NCBI GenBank assembly: GCA_019416285.1 | Contig: DXXM01000012.1 | Coordinates: 12,360 to 76,359, forward strand | DNA from: Bacteroidales bacterium | GTDB lineage: Bacteria > Bacteroidota > Bacteroidia > Bacteroidales > Muribaculaceae | DNA length: 64,000 nucleotides | Direction of reading: 5' to 3' | Shown: positions 22,865 through 31,650 of the stretch, piece by piece | Position numbering within the stretch: the first letter of the stretch is position 1 | Layout: every line of letters begins with the position of its first letter | Translations under genes and position numbers: made by a program | The notes under the pieces: model-generated | Told to the model about the DNA's origin: nothing | The model's input: the letters and a program-made list of their open reading frames with translations, nothing else | Databases searched by the model: none

Positions 22865-25393
22865 ATGAAATCCCATTTCTGCCGCCATTTCTTCTCTCTG
22901 ATGCTCGGAGCCGGCTTCCTGTCGCTGACCGGAGGGTGTTCGGAGGATCATGTTATGACCAGTAACGACACGGCGACATTCTCACTCGCGCTCACTGTCG
23001 ACAACACCTTCCGCAATCCCGACGGGTCGGTTGCCTCCGGTGTCGACGTCCCGCAGCCGGAACTGGCTGAGGTGAGTGTGGCCATGCACTCCCTCGCCGG
23101 GGAGTATTCACACGTGTGGCCCTCATTCAGCGACTTCCCTGAAAACGACACTTACTTCTCCGGCCAATATTACCTCGAGGCTTTCAGCGACCAGGCGGCA
23201 GAGGGCTTTGTGCGCCCATCGTATGGCGCTGCGCTCGATGTGACCCTCATGCCCCGCACGCATGTCGACAGCCAGATGACCCTGCGCCCCGTCAGCACCG
23301 CAAACCGTGTGACGTTCACGCAGGAATTCAGCTCATATTTCTCCGATGTCAGGGCGTGGCTTCACGCTGAGGGTGGCGGTTATTTCGACTGCGCCTCAGC
23401 CGGTGAGCGCTGTCTATACCTTATCCCGGGTCCGACCTCGCTCTATCTTGAACTGACATTACCCGACGGCAGAAAGACCGGCTATCGCGCCGCCACGGTT
23501 GAAAACGCCGCCTCCGCCACGCTCTACGACTATTCCGTCACGGCCGATCTCTCGGGCGAGGCCCCGGTGGTGGAGTGTGTCGTGGCTTCCGAAAAATTCT
23601 CCGTCACTCTGACCGACGGCTTCATCTCGGCCGCTCCCCCCGTCATCACCCCGCGCGGCTGGACTCCCGGAAGCAGCTACATCCTGCCAGAAGGAGAGAA
23701 TCCTCCATCGCCGGTGACGGCCGACATCGTGGCGCAGGCGCCACTGGGACACCTTTATCTCACCGTCAACTCCGCCTATCTCAACGCCAACGGCTTCCCG
23801 GCTCAGTGTGACCTGCTCGACCTCTCCGAAGAGGACAGGCAGACACTCACCTCATTCGGTCTCCGGTGGGAGGGCGAGGGTACCGAGGGAAGCGTGGATT
23901 TCACCGCTCTGCTCGGCAACCTTGTCTTTCTCAACGAGGCCCAGTCACACACCGTAATCGGACTCATGGCCGAGGACAATCAGGGCAGGGTGGGTGAGCC
24001 GGTAATGGCCGACATCACCACAACCCCCATGGAGATTACCGTGACCTCGGTCAGTCCCGCCATGACGGGTGTGCGCGAAGCAGAGATAACGGTGCGCGCC
24101 ACCGCGACGAATTTCTCCGACAATATTGAAATCGAACTGCTCAACCCGAAGGGCGAATGGGTAAGCACAGAGGTAATTTCGTGTAGCGAGGAGCAGACAG
24201 ATCTGCACCGCATACGTTTCGCTATCCCCGAAGGCACGGGCGACATCAATGCGCGCATCCTCTACTGCAAGGAGGTGAGGAAGGATTTCGTAATCGGGCG
24301 CTTCATGCCGGCTTTTAGCCTTCTCGTCGACCCCTTCGCCACCTATTGCTGTGTCCGTGTCGTGGCCGAGGAGCCCGAGGTGGTCAGGGCCGTGACCTCC
24401 GGCCTCTATGTCTATCTCAACAATCAGCGTGCGAGCGTGCTTATGCGTGAGCCCGACACAGGTCTCATAATCATCACCAGTCTCACTCCCCATACCGGTT
24501 ATGTAATGAGTTCGACCATGATGGAGAGCCCCGATAAAGATGATTTCACCCCCGAGATAAAATTTACTACCGAGAGCACTCCCGGCCTCCCCAACGCCGA
24601 CTTCGAGGAGCGCAACGACGGCATATCATACGCCGACCTCCCCTGCGGCGGCCGTTATTCGCAGACCTCCGTGGCTATCTTCAACTGGCAGAACCACCGT
24701 TCATTCTCCCTTGAGGAGCCGAAGGATTGGGCCAACACAAACTCCAAGACCTTCAACCGCCGCAGCGCCAACCATAATACATGGTACATGCAGCCTTCGG
24801 CCTACATAGTCAGAGACGATTCCTACGACGGCACTTTCGCAATGTGTCTGCGCAGTGTGGCCTTCGATGTCAACGGCGAAATCATCCCAGACTATCTCCA
24901 GACCGGTCAGCCCTATCTCAAATATTCACCGATAGTCCCGAATATCTCCAGCCGCGCGGCCGGAAAACTCTTCCTCGGAAGTTATTCGTTCAATTCCTCC
25001 ACTATGGAGGAGACATACAACGATATTGTCGACTGGCAGGCGCGCCCGATGTCGCTCAACGGCTACTACAAATACAGTCCCTCGCGCAATAATCCATCTG
25101 ACGTGGGCCTCGCCATCATCGAGGTTTACGGTGAGGTCGACGGCGAGCGCAAGGTCATCGGCTCGTCCGTGGCTCATCTCCCCGTGGCCAACAGCTACAC
25201 TGCTTTCCGCGCGGCTCTCAGCTACAGCTATTTCGGCGTCAAGGCCACAGGGCTGAAGGTGATGTTTGCCTCGTCGAGCTCAATCGGCACCATTGCCGAG
25301 GAGAGCGCGTCGATTGTGACCACTCCCTATCCGGAGGAGGGAGCATCGGTGGGCAGTACACTCTGGCTCGACCATGTGAATCTATCATATTGA
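22865..25393 (+). CDS. Lipoprotein with DUF4493-like N-terminus and PCMD-like C-terminal domain
   Basis: Lipobox-like LTGGC; LPNADFE, AAGKLFLG, RPMSLNGYYKY and GSTLWLD segments resemble PCMD-domain proteins (from memory). Confidence 0.7.
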   Translation: MKSHFCRHFFSLMLGAGFLSLTGGCSEDHVMTSNDTATFSLALTVDNTFRNPDGSVASGVDVPQPELAEVSVAMHSLAGEYSHVWPSFSDFPENDTYFSGQYYLEAFSDQAAEGFVRPSYGAALDVTLMPRTHVDSQMTLRPVSTANRVTFTQEFSSYFSDVRAWLHAEGGGYFDCASAGERCLYLIPGPTSLYLELTLPDGRKTGYRAATVENAASATLYDYSVTADLSGEAPVVECVVASEKFSVTLTDGFISAAPPVITPRGWTPGSSYILPEGENPPSPVTADIVAQAPLGHLYLTVNSAYLNANGFPAQCDLLDLSEEDRQTLTSFGLRWEGEGTEGSVDFTALLGNLVFLNEAQSHTVIGLMAEDNQGRVGEPVMADITTTPMEITVTSVSPAMTGVREAEITVRATATNFSDNIEIELLNPKGEWVSTEVISCSEEQTDLHRIRFAIPEGTGDINARILYCKEVRKDFVIGRFMPAFSLLVDPFATYCCVRVVAEEPEVVRAVTSGLYVYLNNQRASVLMREPDTGLIIITSLTPHTGYVMSSTMMESPDKDDFTPEIKFTTESTPGLPNADFEERNDGISYADLPCGGRYSQTSVAIFNWQNHRSFSLEEPKDWANTNSKTFNRRSANHNTWYMQPSAYIVRDDSYDGTFAMCLRSVAFDVNGEIIPDYLQTGQPYLKYSPIVPNISSRAAGKLFLGSYSFNSSTMEETYNDIVDWQARPMSLNGYYKYSPSRNNPSDVGLAIIEVYGEVDGERKVIGSSVAHLPVANSYTAFRAALSYSYFGVKATGLKVMFASSSSIGTIAEESASIVTTPYPEEGASVGSTLWLDHVNLSY

Positions 25394-25447
25394 TAACCTT
25401 GTGCTTTAAATACTCATTTCCTCCGTTAAAATCCAATCAGTAAACTT

Positions 25448-26170
25448 ATGAAAAAACTTATCACATTACTCTCGCTCGCTATCATTGTTCTCGCATCCTC
25501 TCCCGCAGCCCGCGCATCGGAGTGGGATATAAATGATATACTCGGCAATCTCGGTTCGGGCCGCTCGGAGCAGACATCGACCAAAAAGACCGACGACACC
25601 TCAAAGAAGGGGGGCAGCCTGGGCGATCTGCTTTCAGGCGTGGCAAATAAATTCGGCCTCGGAAGCTCGTCGCTGACAATCGAGAAGCTCGTCGGCACAT
25701 GGAAATATTCCGGACCGGCCGTTTCCTTCAAGAGCGATAATCTTCTTCTCAAGGCAGGTGGCGCAGCAGCCGCTACGCAGGTTGAGTCTAAGCTGGAACC
25801 CTATTACCGCACCGCGGGCCTGACATCTCTCGTGCTCACCGTGGCCGAGGATTCGACCTTCACTTTCAAGGCACGGCTCATCACTCTCACCGGCACTATG
25901 TCGCGCAATAGCGAGAGCGGTAATTTCATTTTCACCTTCAAGGCGCTCAAGAGCATCAATGTCGGTTCGATGGAGAGCTATATCGTGATGAACGGCAACA
26001 AGATGGAACTCACTTTCGACGTCAGCAAGCTCCTGGTGCTTATCGAGAAGGCGGGGAAAATTTCCGGTAACTCGACCATCAAGAGTGTTTCGACATTGCT
26101 GAACCAATATGACGGCATGACTGCGGGTTTCGAGCTTGAACGCGATGGAACCGTTACGACAGGGAAGTAG
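25448..26170 (+). CDS. Secreted lipocalin-like protein (DUF4923-like)
   Basis: Signal peptide; LVGTWKYSGPAVSFKSDNLLLKAGG. Confidence 0.7.
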   Translation: MKKLITLLSLAIIVLASSPAARASEWDINDILGNLGSGRSEQTSTKKTDDTSKKGGSLGDLLSGVANKFGLGSSSLTIEKLVGTWKYSGPAVSFKSDNLLLKAGGAAAATQVESKLEPYYRTAGLTSLVLTVAEDSTFTFKARLITLTGTMSRNSESGNFIFTFKALKSINVGSMESYIVMNGNKMELTFDVSKLLVLIEKAGKISGNSTIKSVSTLLNQYDGMTAGFELERDGTVTTGK

Positions 26171-26225
26171 GGATACATTTCATTAATCGGGCGCCTGATG
26201 CGGACGCGATATATCGCGTCCCTAC
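26167..26225. repeat. GTAG-type REP / REPIN-like palindrome
   Basis: Perfect 20-bp palindrome GGACGCGATATATCGCGTCC (26202-26221) plus CTAC; outer inverted repeat GTAGGGA...TCCCTAC. Confidence 0.65.
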
Positions 26226-26309
26226 CGGCCATCCTGATGTTTTCATACCGATACCGGCCATCCTGAATCATGATACCGATCATCCTGAAATTCTCTGTAT
26301 CTATCCTGA
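26223..26309. repeat. Four direct repeats with core ATCCTGA
   Basis: TACCGGCCATCCTGA at 26223 and 26252, TACCGATCATCCTGA at 26274, degenerate copy ending 26309. Confidence 0.75.
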
Positions 26310-26313
26310 CGAT

Positions 26314-27321
26314 ATGGTCTCGATTATAGTTCCGGCTTATAATACCGGGAAATATCTGTGTGAGTGTCTCGACAGTGTGCTTCGGCAGACGTGGCGGGAT
26401 ATGGAGGTCATTGTGGTCAACGACGGGTCAACTGATGCCACGGAGGAGATTGCTCGCGGATATGCCGCGCGCGATGGCCGGGTGAAACTTATCACCGTGA
26501 GCAACGGCGGTCAGGCGGCGGCGAGAAATATCGGGCTTGACCGTGCGGAAGGGGAGTGGATAGCTTTCGTCGACAGCGACGATATGCTCTATCCTCGCGC
26601 CATAGAGTCGCTTATGGATATTGCTCTCCGCTCCGGGGCGCCGATTGCCTGCGGACGCTTTGTGGAGGGGCGCAGGTGGGTTGGAGAGGGGTATGGGAGG
26701 GATGGGAGTAATAGGAGAGATAGGAGTAATAGGGGGCATGGGAATCATGGCGATGCGGAGATTCCCTTTGAGCTGCTGACGGCTGAGGAGTTTATGGAAA
26801 GGATGCTCTATCAGTCGGGCGCTGACTCGTCGGTGTGCTGCAAGCTCTATGCGCGGCGCCTGTTTGAGAAGCAGCGCTTTGTGCCGGGAATACTGTATGA
26901 GGACCTGGACATAGCCTGCCGTCTTGCTGCTGAAGGGGGGAATGTGGCCGTCAGCGAAGAGGTGGTATATTTCTACAGGGAGAATCCCGAGAGTTCGACC
27001 CACCGTTTCACCCCGCGCAGACTCGATGTGCTCGACGTGACGGCCCGCATAGAGGAGTATGTGGCTCGGAATTATCCGCGTCTGCTTCCGGCGGCGCGTG
27101 ACCGCCGTCTGAGCGCGAGTTTCAATATGCTCGGGCTGATTGTGGTCAATGATGCAGAGGAGGAATACCGAGATGCCGCCGTGCGGTGCCGCGATGTCAT
27201 CCGGCGCTACCGTCGCGGAAGTCTGCTGAATCCACGGGTGAGGCTGAAAAACAAACTGGGAATATTGGCAAGCTATTTCGGCCAGCGTTTTTTAGAAACA
27301 ATCCTGCGTCGGGTTTATTGA
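26314..27321 (+). CDS. Glycosyltransferase family 2
   Basis: VSIIVPAYN, VNDGSTD, ARNIGL, FVDSDD, YEDL; contains a repeat-encoded insert. Confidence 0.93.
   Translation: MVSIIVPAYNTGKYLCECLDSVLRQTWRDMEVIVVNDGSTDATEEIARGYAARDGRVKLITVSNGGQAAARNIGLDRAEGEWIAFVDSDDMLYPRAIESLMDIALRSGAPIACGRFVEGRRWVGEGYGRDGSNRRDRSNRGHGNHGDAEIPFELLTAEEFMERMLYQSGADSSVCCKLYARRLFEKQRFVPGILYEDLDIACRLAAEGGNVAVSEEVVYFYRENPESSTHRFTPRRLDVLDVTARIEEYVARNYPRLLPAARDRRLSASFNMLGLIVVNDAEEEYRDAAVRCRDVIRRYRRGSLLNPRVRLKNKLGILASYFGQRFLETILRRVY
26692..26754. repeat. 9-bp-period array inside the GT2 CDS
   Basis: TATGGGAGG GATGGGAGT AATAGGAGA GATAGGAGT AATAGGGGG CATGGGAAT CATGGCGAT. Confidence 0.8.
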
Positions 27322-27325
27322 ATCG

Positions 27326-28120
27326 TCAGCGCAGCGGGGCGTTGAAACGGCGGCGTTCATTGTCGAAAAACCATCCCCATTTGTTGAAATACTTTATCAT
27401 ATTGGTGATGTGAATCCACATCATCCGCCCTGATGCGTAGGAGGCGGCGCGGTGACGGTGGACTATGCTCACCTCCGGCCAGTAGAGCGTCCGGAACTCC
27501 CGGTGGATGCGGCGCGTCAGGTCAATGTCCTCGGGATACATGAAAAAACGCTCGTCGAACAGTCCGCATTTACGGAGCGCCCCGGCCCGCAGAAACATGA
27601 AACTCCCCTGATGGTAGGGGATGTTGTGGGGCTGCGAGGGGTCGAGATGGGTGAGCAGATAGCGCCGGCGACGCGACTGCATGACCCCCGGGGGGAGAAA
27701 GCGCCGGATGAACACGTCGGCCGGAGCCGGAAGCAGTCGGCAGGTGTGCTGATTCTCCCCGTCGGGTCCCAATATGAGGGGCTGGAGAGTGCCCACGTCG
27801 GGGGTGGCCCGCATGAAAGTCTCGATTTTCCCGATGATTTCGGGGCGGAACTCAATGTCGGAGTTCAGGACTATGTGGAAATCGGTTCCGTCGATGTCGA
27901 GCGCGCGGCGGATGGCGGTGTTGTGGCCTGCGCCGTAGCCGCGGTTTGTCGCAGGAATGTAGACAGCCTTATTGTACGGAGCTACTGCAATGCGCATCCG
28001 CTCCTCCGAGGCGTTGTCGACAATATACACCTTGTCAATCACCGAGGCGGCTATGGTGTCGAGCACGGCGCTTATCTCGGAGGCAGGTGTACGGTATGTG
28101 ACTATCGAGGCAGTTATCAT
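27326..28120 (-). CDS. Glycosyltransferase family 2 (WbbL / rhamnosyltransferase-like)
   Basis: VDNAS, NRGYGAGHN, LNSD, FDERFFMYPEDIDL. Confidence 0.9.
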   Translation of the reverse strand: MITASIVTYRTPASEISAVLDTIAASVIDKVYIVDNASEERMRIAVAPYNKAVYIPATNRGYGAGHNTAIRRALDIDGTDFHIVLNSDIEFRPEIIGKIETFMRATPDVGTLQPLILGPDGENQHTCRLLPAPADVFIRRFLPPGVMQSRRRRYLLTHLDPSQPHNIPYHQGSFMFLRAGALRKCGLFDERFFMYPEDIDLTRRIHREFRTLYWPEVSIVHRHRAASYASGRMMWIHITNMIKYFNKWGWFFDNERRRFNAPLR

Positions 28121-28448
28121 GATATATTAATAACGGTGTGTATTTTTATGGTATTGTGCGGATTGTCAAAAATGCGCGGTGAGATGAAAATCAGTGTCGA
28201 CGTATTGGCGACAAGTATCGACAGACGGAAGGAATTAGAGTGTATATTGAGGAAAAATTTGGTTAAATAAGGGGAGTTTTCATATTGTACATGCACAGAT
28301 TGGAAAAATTTTTATAATAAAATGTCGTAGCGCAGATTATTGATTGATAATGAAATATCTTTCGGATAATGGACAATAATCGGCATGATTTTGAAAATAC
28401 TAATTGTATTTTGTTTATAAAAATTAGGAAAATTCATAGAAAAAGTGT

Positions 28449-28456
28449 TAACTTTG
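28449..28456 (+). promoter_or_regulatory. -7 promoter element for susC/susD
   Basis: TAACTTTG in an AT-rich intergenic region; argues for a start at or after 28502. Confidence 0.6.
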
Positions 28457-28501
28457 CCGCAAGCTTATTGTAATAACTACTTACCAATCATTTTTTACAT
28501 C

Positions 28502-31500
28502 ATGAAAAACGAAAAGTCGTTAAGAATTGTCGATTGGGGTAGGGTGAAATGCGTCAGCGCTTTCCTGATAACCCTGATTATCGCAGTGATGTCATTCGGA
28601 GCCACTGCACAGACAAAATCCGTATCCGGCACGGTAATAGATGAAGCCGGCGAACCACTCATCGGTGCCAACGTAGCCGTGAAGGGGACAAACACAGGCA
28701 CTGTCACCGATTTCAACGGGGAATTTGCGTTAACCAACATAGCTGATAATGCTATTCTTGTTATCAGCTATGTCGGTTACACCACTCAGGAAGTTCCGGT
28801 GGCAGGCAAAAGCACCATCAACGTGACTCTCAGCGAAAACCGCGAGGTGCTTGATGAGGTCGTGGTTATCGGCTACGGCACAGTCAAGCGCAAGGACCTC
28901 ACCGGCGCCGTCGCCTCGATGAAAAACTCCGATGTGGTCGTAGCGCCTACCAACAACGTCATGGAAGCCCTCCAGGGTAAGGTGGCCGGTATGGACATCA
29001 CCAAGAGCAGCGGTGAGGTTGGCAGTGATGTCAGCATCCTCCTGCGCGGCTCACGTTCAATCTACGGCAGCAACGAACCTCTGTTCATCATCGACGGTCT
29101 GCCCGGAAGCTACAATCAGATTAATCCGAGCGATATCGAGTCAGTCGACATCCTCAAGGACGCATCGTCGACCGCAATCTACGGTTCGGCCGGTGCCAAC
29201 GGTGTGGTAATCATCACCACCAAGCGCGGTCAGGAAGGCAAGGCCACCGTAAACTTCGATGCCTACTACGGTTTCAGCGGCGATGCCAACTACAAGCATG
29301 GTATGCTCGGCGACGAGTGGGTCGACTATCAGAGCGAGGCCTACAAGTACACCACCGGCAACTATCCCTCGGACATGGCCACACTTCTCGGCAATCCCGC
29401 CTACACCGAAGCCTACAATCAGGGCAAGTGGATTGACTGGGTTGACCTTGTGTCGGGCAAGCACGCCACAACTCAGAAATACGCGCTCTCAGTGAGCGGC
29501 GGCACTCAGAAAACCCGCATCTTCGCCTCGACATCCTATGCCAAGGAGGAGGGTCTGCTCGAGAACGACAACATCAACCGCTATACTCTCCGCCTCAACA
29601 TCGACCAGGAAATCAACAAATACGCCACCATCGGTTTCACGAGCAACCTCACTTACTCCGACCGTAACCGCGGCGTGAAGAACACCTATACCAAATCACT
29701 TACCTCCTTTCCTCTCGGCGATGCCTTCGACGAGAACGGCAAGCTCAACCACGAGTATATCAACGGCCAGTATTCGCCCATGGGTGACTATATCGAGAAC
29801 CAGTTTGCCAACAATACCAAGAGCACCTATATCAACTCTATCGGCTACATCGACATCACACCTATCCAGGGCCTGAAACTGCGCTCGCAGATCAGCACCA
29901 CACTTTCCAACAGCCGCCTCGGTCAATACTGGGGCAGCCAGGCCAACGCCAACCAGCCCTCATACGCCTCGTCGCCCTACGCGCAGAAAACTCATGACAA
30001 CGGCTGGTCATACACCTGGGAAAACATCCTCTCATACAACGCCGACATCAAGGACCACTCCTTCGGCGCACAGTTCATCACATCATACAACAAGAACACC
30101 AACGAGCAGACCATCGCCGGCAGCGGCGGCTTCCTCGTGGACTCATGGCAGTATCACCGCCTCCTCTCCGGCTCGACCAGCCCCTATACCTATTCCGACT
30201 ATTCGCGCACACAGAAGATGTCGTATGCCTTCCGCGTGAACTACAACTACAAGGGCCGCTATCTCGTGACCTTCTCAAACCGCTGGGACGGTGTGAGCTG
30301 GTTCTCCGAGGGAAGCAAGTGGGATTCGTTCCCCGCAGGAGCCGTGGCATGGCGTCTGTCGGAGGAAAGCTTCATGGAAGATACCCGCAGCTGGCTTGAC
30401 AACGCCAAACTCCGTGTGAGCTACGGTATCACCGGTAATTCCGGCGGCACAGGCGCATACGTGACACAGAGCCAGGCCTATCTCTATCCCAACGCAGGTG
30501 TGACCGTGGGCGGCGTGCCCGTTCAGTTCGCGCAGTACACCGGCACATTCGCAGGCAGCGACCTCGGCTGGGAGAAATCATACAACTGGAACGTCGGTCT
30601 TGACTTCGGTGTCATCAACAACCGCATCGACGGTTCTGTCGAGTGGTTCAAGACCAACACCAAAGGCCTTCTCTACAAGCGCACAGTGCCTATCACCGAC
30701 GGTCTCACCGGCTGGGGCTCACCCCTCTCAAGCTGGCAGAACCTTGCCAAGACTGAAAACCACGGCGTCGAGTTCACCATCAACAGCCGCAACATCGTGA
30801 CCAAGGATTTCACATGGTCAACCACCTTCACCGCAACCTGGAGCAAGGAGAAAATCAAATCGCTCCCCGGCGGCGACCTCATCAACGAGAATCTTTTCGA
30901 AGGTCATCCCATCAAGACTATCTACAGCTGGAAATATGCAGGTATCTGGGGCACAAACGATGACCCCGAGCTCATGAAGAAGTTCGGTGTTGAGCCCGGT
31001 TTCCTCAAACTTGAAACCACTGAAGTCTTTACCCAGATGAAGGATGCCAACGGACAGCTGATGTTTGACGAGAACGGCAATCCCATGATGGAGAGTGACA
31101 AGGGAGTCCATGTCTATGACGACAATGACCGCAGGATTCTCGGACATCAGAACCCTAATTGGATTCTCGGTCTCAACAACACATTCCAGTACAAGGGATT
31201 CGACCTCTCCGTATTCATGATGGGCCGCTTCGGTCAAACCATCAGCAGCGACCTTCTCGGCTACTACACCGCAGAGGATTCGCGCACAAAGAACCAGCTT
31301 GCAGGCACCAACTACTGGACCGAAAGCAACCAGGGCGCCTATTATCCCCGTCCCGGCACCGGCAGCAGGCAGAGCAAGTTCTATCCCGCTCTCCGTATTG
31401 TCGACGGTTCGTTTGCAAAAATCAAGAACATCACACTCGGCTATACACTCCCCCAGAAGCTGACCCGCAAGGCCCTCATCGAGCGTCTGCGCATCTACGG

Positions 31501-31627
31501 CACCGCCTATAATCCCTGCATCATCGTGAAGGACAGCAAGCTCAAAGGCACTGACCCCGAAACCGGCGGTTCGGACGCTTTCCCGACCTACAAGCAGTTT
31601 GTATTCGGTATCAATCTCACCCTCTAA
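28502..31627 (+). CDS. susC: SusC/RagA-family TonB-dependent transporter
   Basis: GEPLIGANV, LDEVVVIGYG, ILKDASSTAIYGSAGANGVVIITTKRG, LGWEKS, C-terminal GINLTL. Confidence 0.95.
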   Translation: MKNEKSLRIVDWGRVKCVSAFLITLIIAVMSFGATAQTKSVSGTVIDEAGEPLIGANVAVKGTNTGTVTDFNGEFALTNIADNAILVISYVGYTTQEVPVAGKSTINVTLSENREVLDEVVVIGYGTVKRKDLTGAVASMKNSDVVVAPTNNVMEALQGKVAGMDITKSSGEVGSDVSILLRGSRSIYGSNEPLFIIDGLPGSYNQINPSDIESVDILKDASSTAIYGSAGANGVVIITTKRGQEGKATVNFDAYYGFSGDANYKHGMLGDEWVDYQSEAYKYTTGNYPSDMATLLGNPAYTEAYNQGKWIDWVDLVSGKHATTQKYALSVSGGTQKTRIFASTSYAKEEGLLENDNINRYTLRLNIDQEINKYATIGFTSNLTYSDRNRGVKNTYTKSLTSFPLGDAFDENGKLNHEYINGQYSPMGDYIENQFANNTKSTYINSIGYIDITPIQGLKLRSQISTTLSNSRLGQYWGSQANANQPSYASSPYAQKTHDNGWSYTWENILSYNADIKDHSFGAQFITSYNKNTNEQTIAGSGGFLVDSWQYHRLLSGSTSPYTYSDYSRTQKMSYAFRVNYNYKGRYLVTFSNRWDGVSWFSEGSKWDSFPAGAVAWRLSEESFMEDTRSWLDNAKLRVSYGITGNSGGTGAYVTQSQAYLYPNAGVTVGGVPVQFAQYTGTFAGSDLGWEKSYNWNVGLDFGVINNRIDGSVEWFKTNTKGLLYKRTVPITDGLTGWGSPLSSWQNLAKTENHGVEFTINSRNIVTKDFTWSTTFTATWSKEKIKSLPGGDLINENLFEGHPIKTIYSWKYAGIWGTNDDPELMKKFGVEPGFLKLETTEVFTQMKDANGQLMFDENGNPMMESDKGVHVYDDNDRRILGHQNPNWILGLNNTFQYKGFDLSVFMMGRFGQTISSDLLGYYTAEDSRTKNQLAGTNYWTESNQGAYYPRPGTGSRQSKFYPALRIVDGSFAKIKNITLGYTLPQKLTRKALIERLRIYGTAYNPCIIVKDSKLKGTDPETGGSDAFPTYKQFVFGINLTL

Positions 31628-31650
31628 TCCCTTAAACAGCTAATAATACA

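Noticed and set aside
26223..26309. CRISPR array (also considered for the 9-bp arrays)
   Set aside because: Repeats and spacers are far too short and no cas genes are present.
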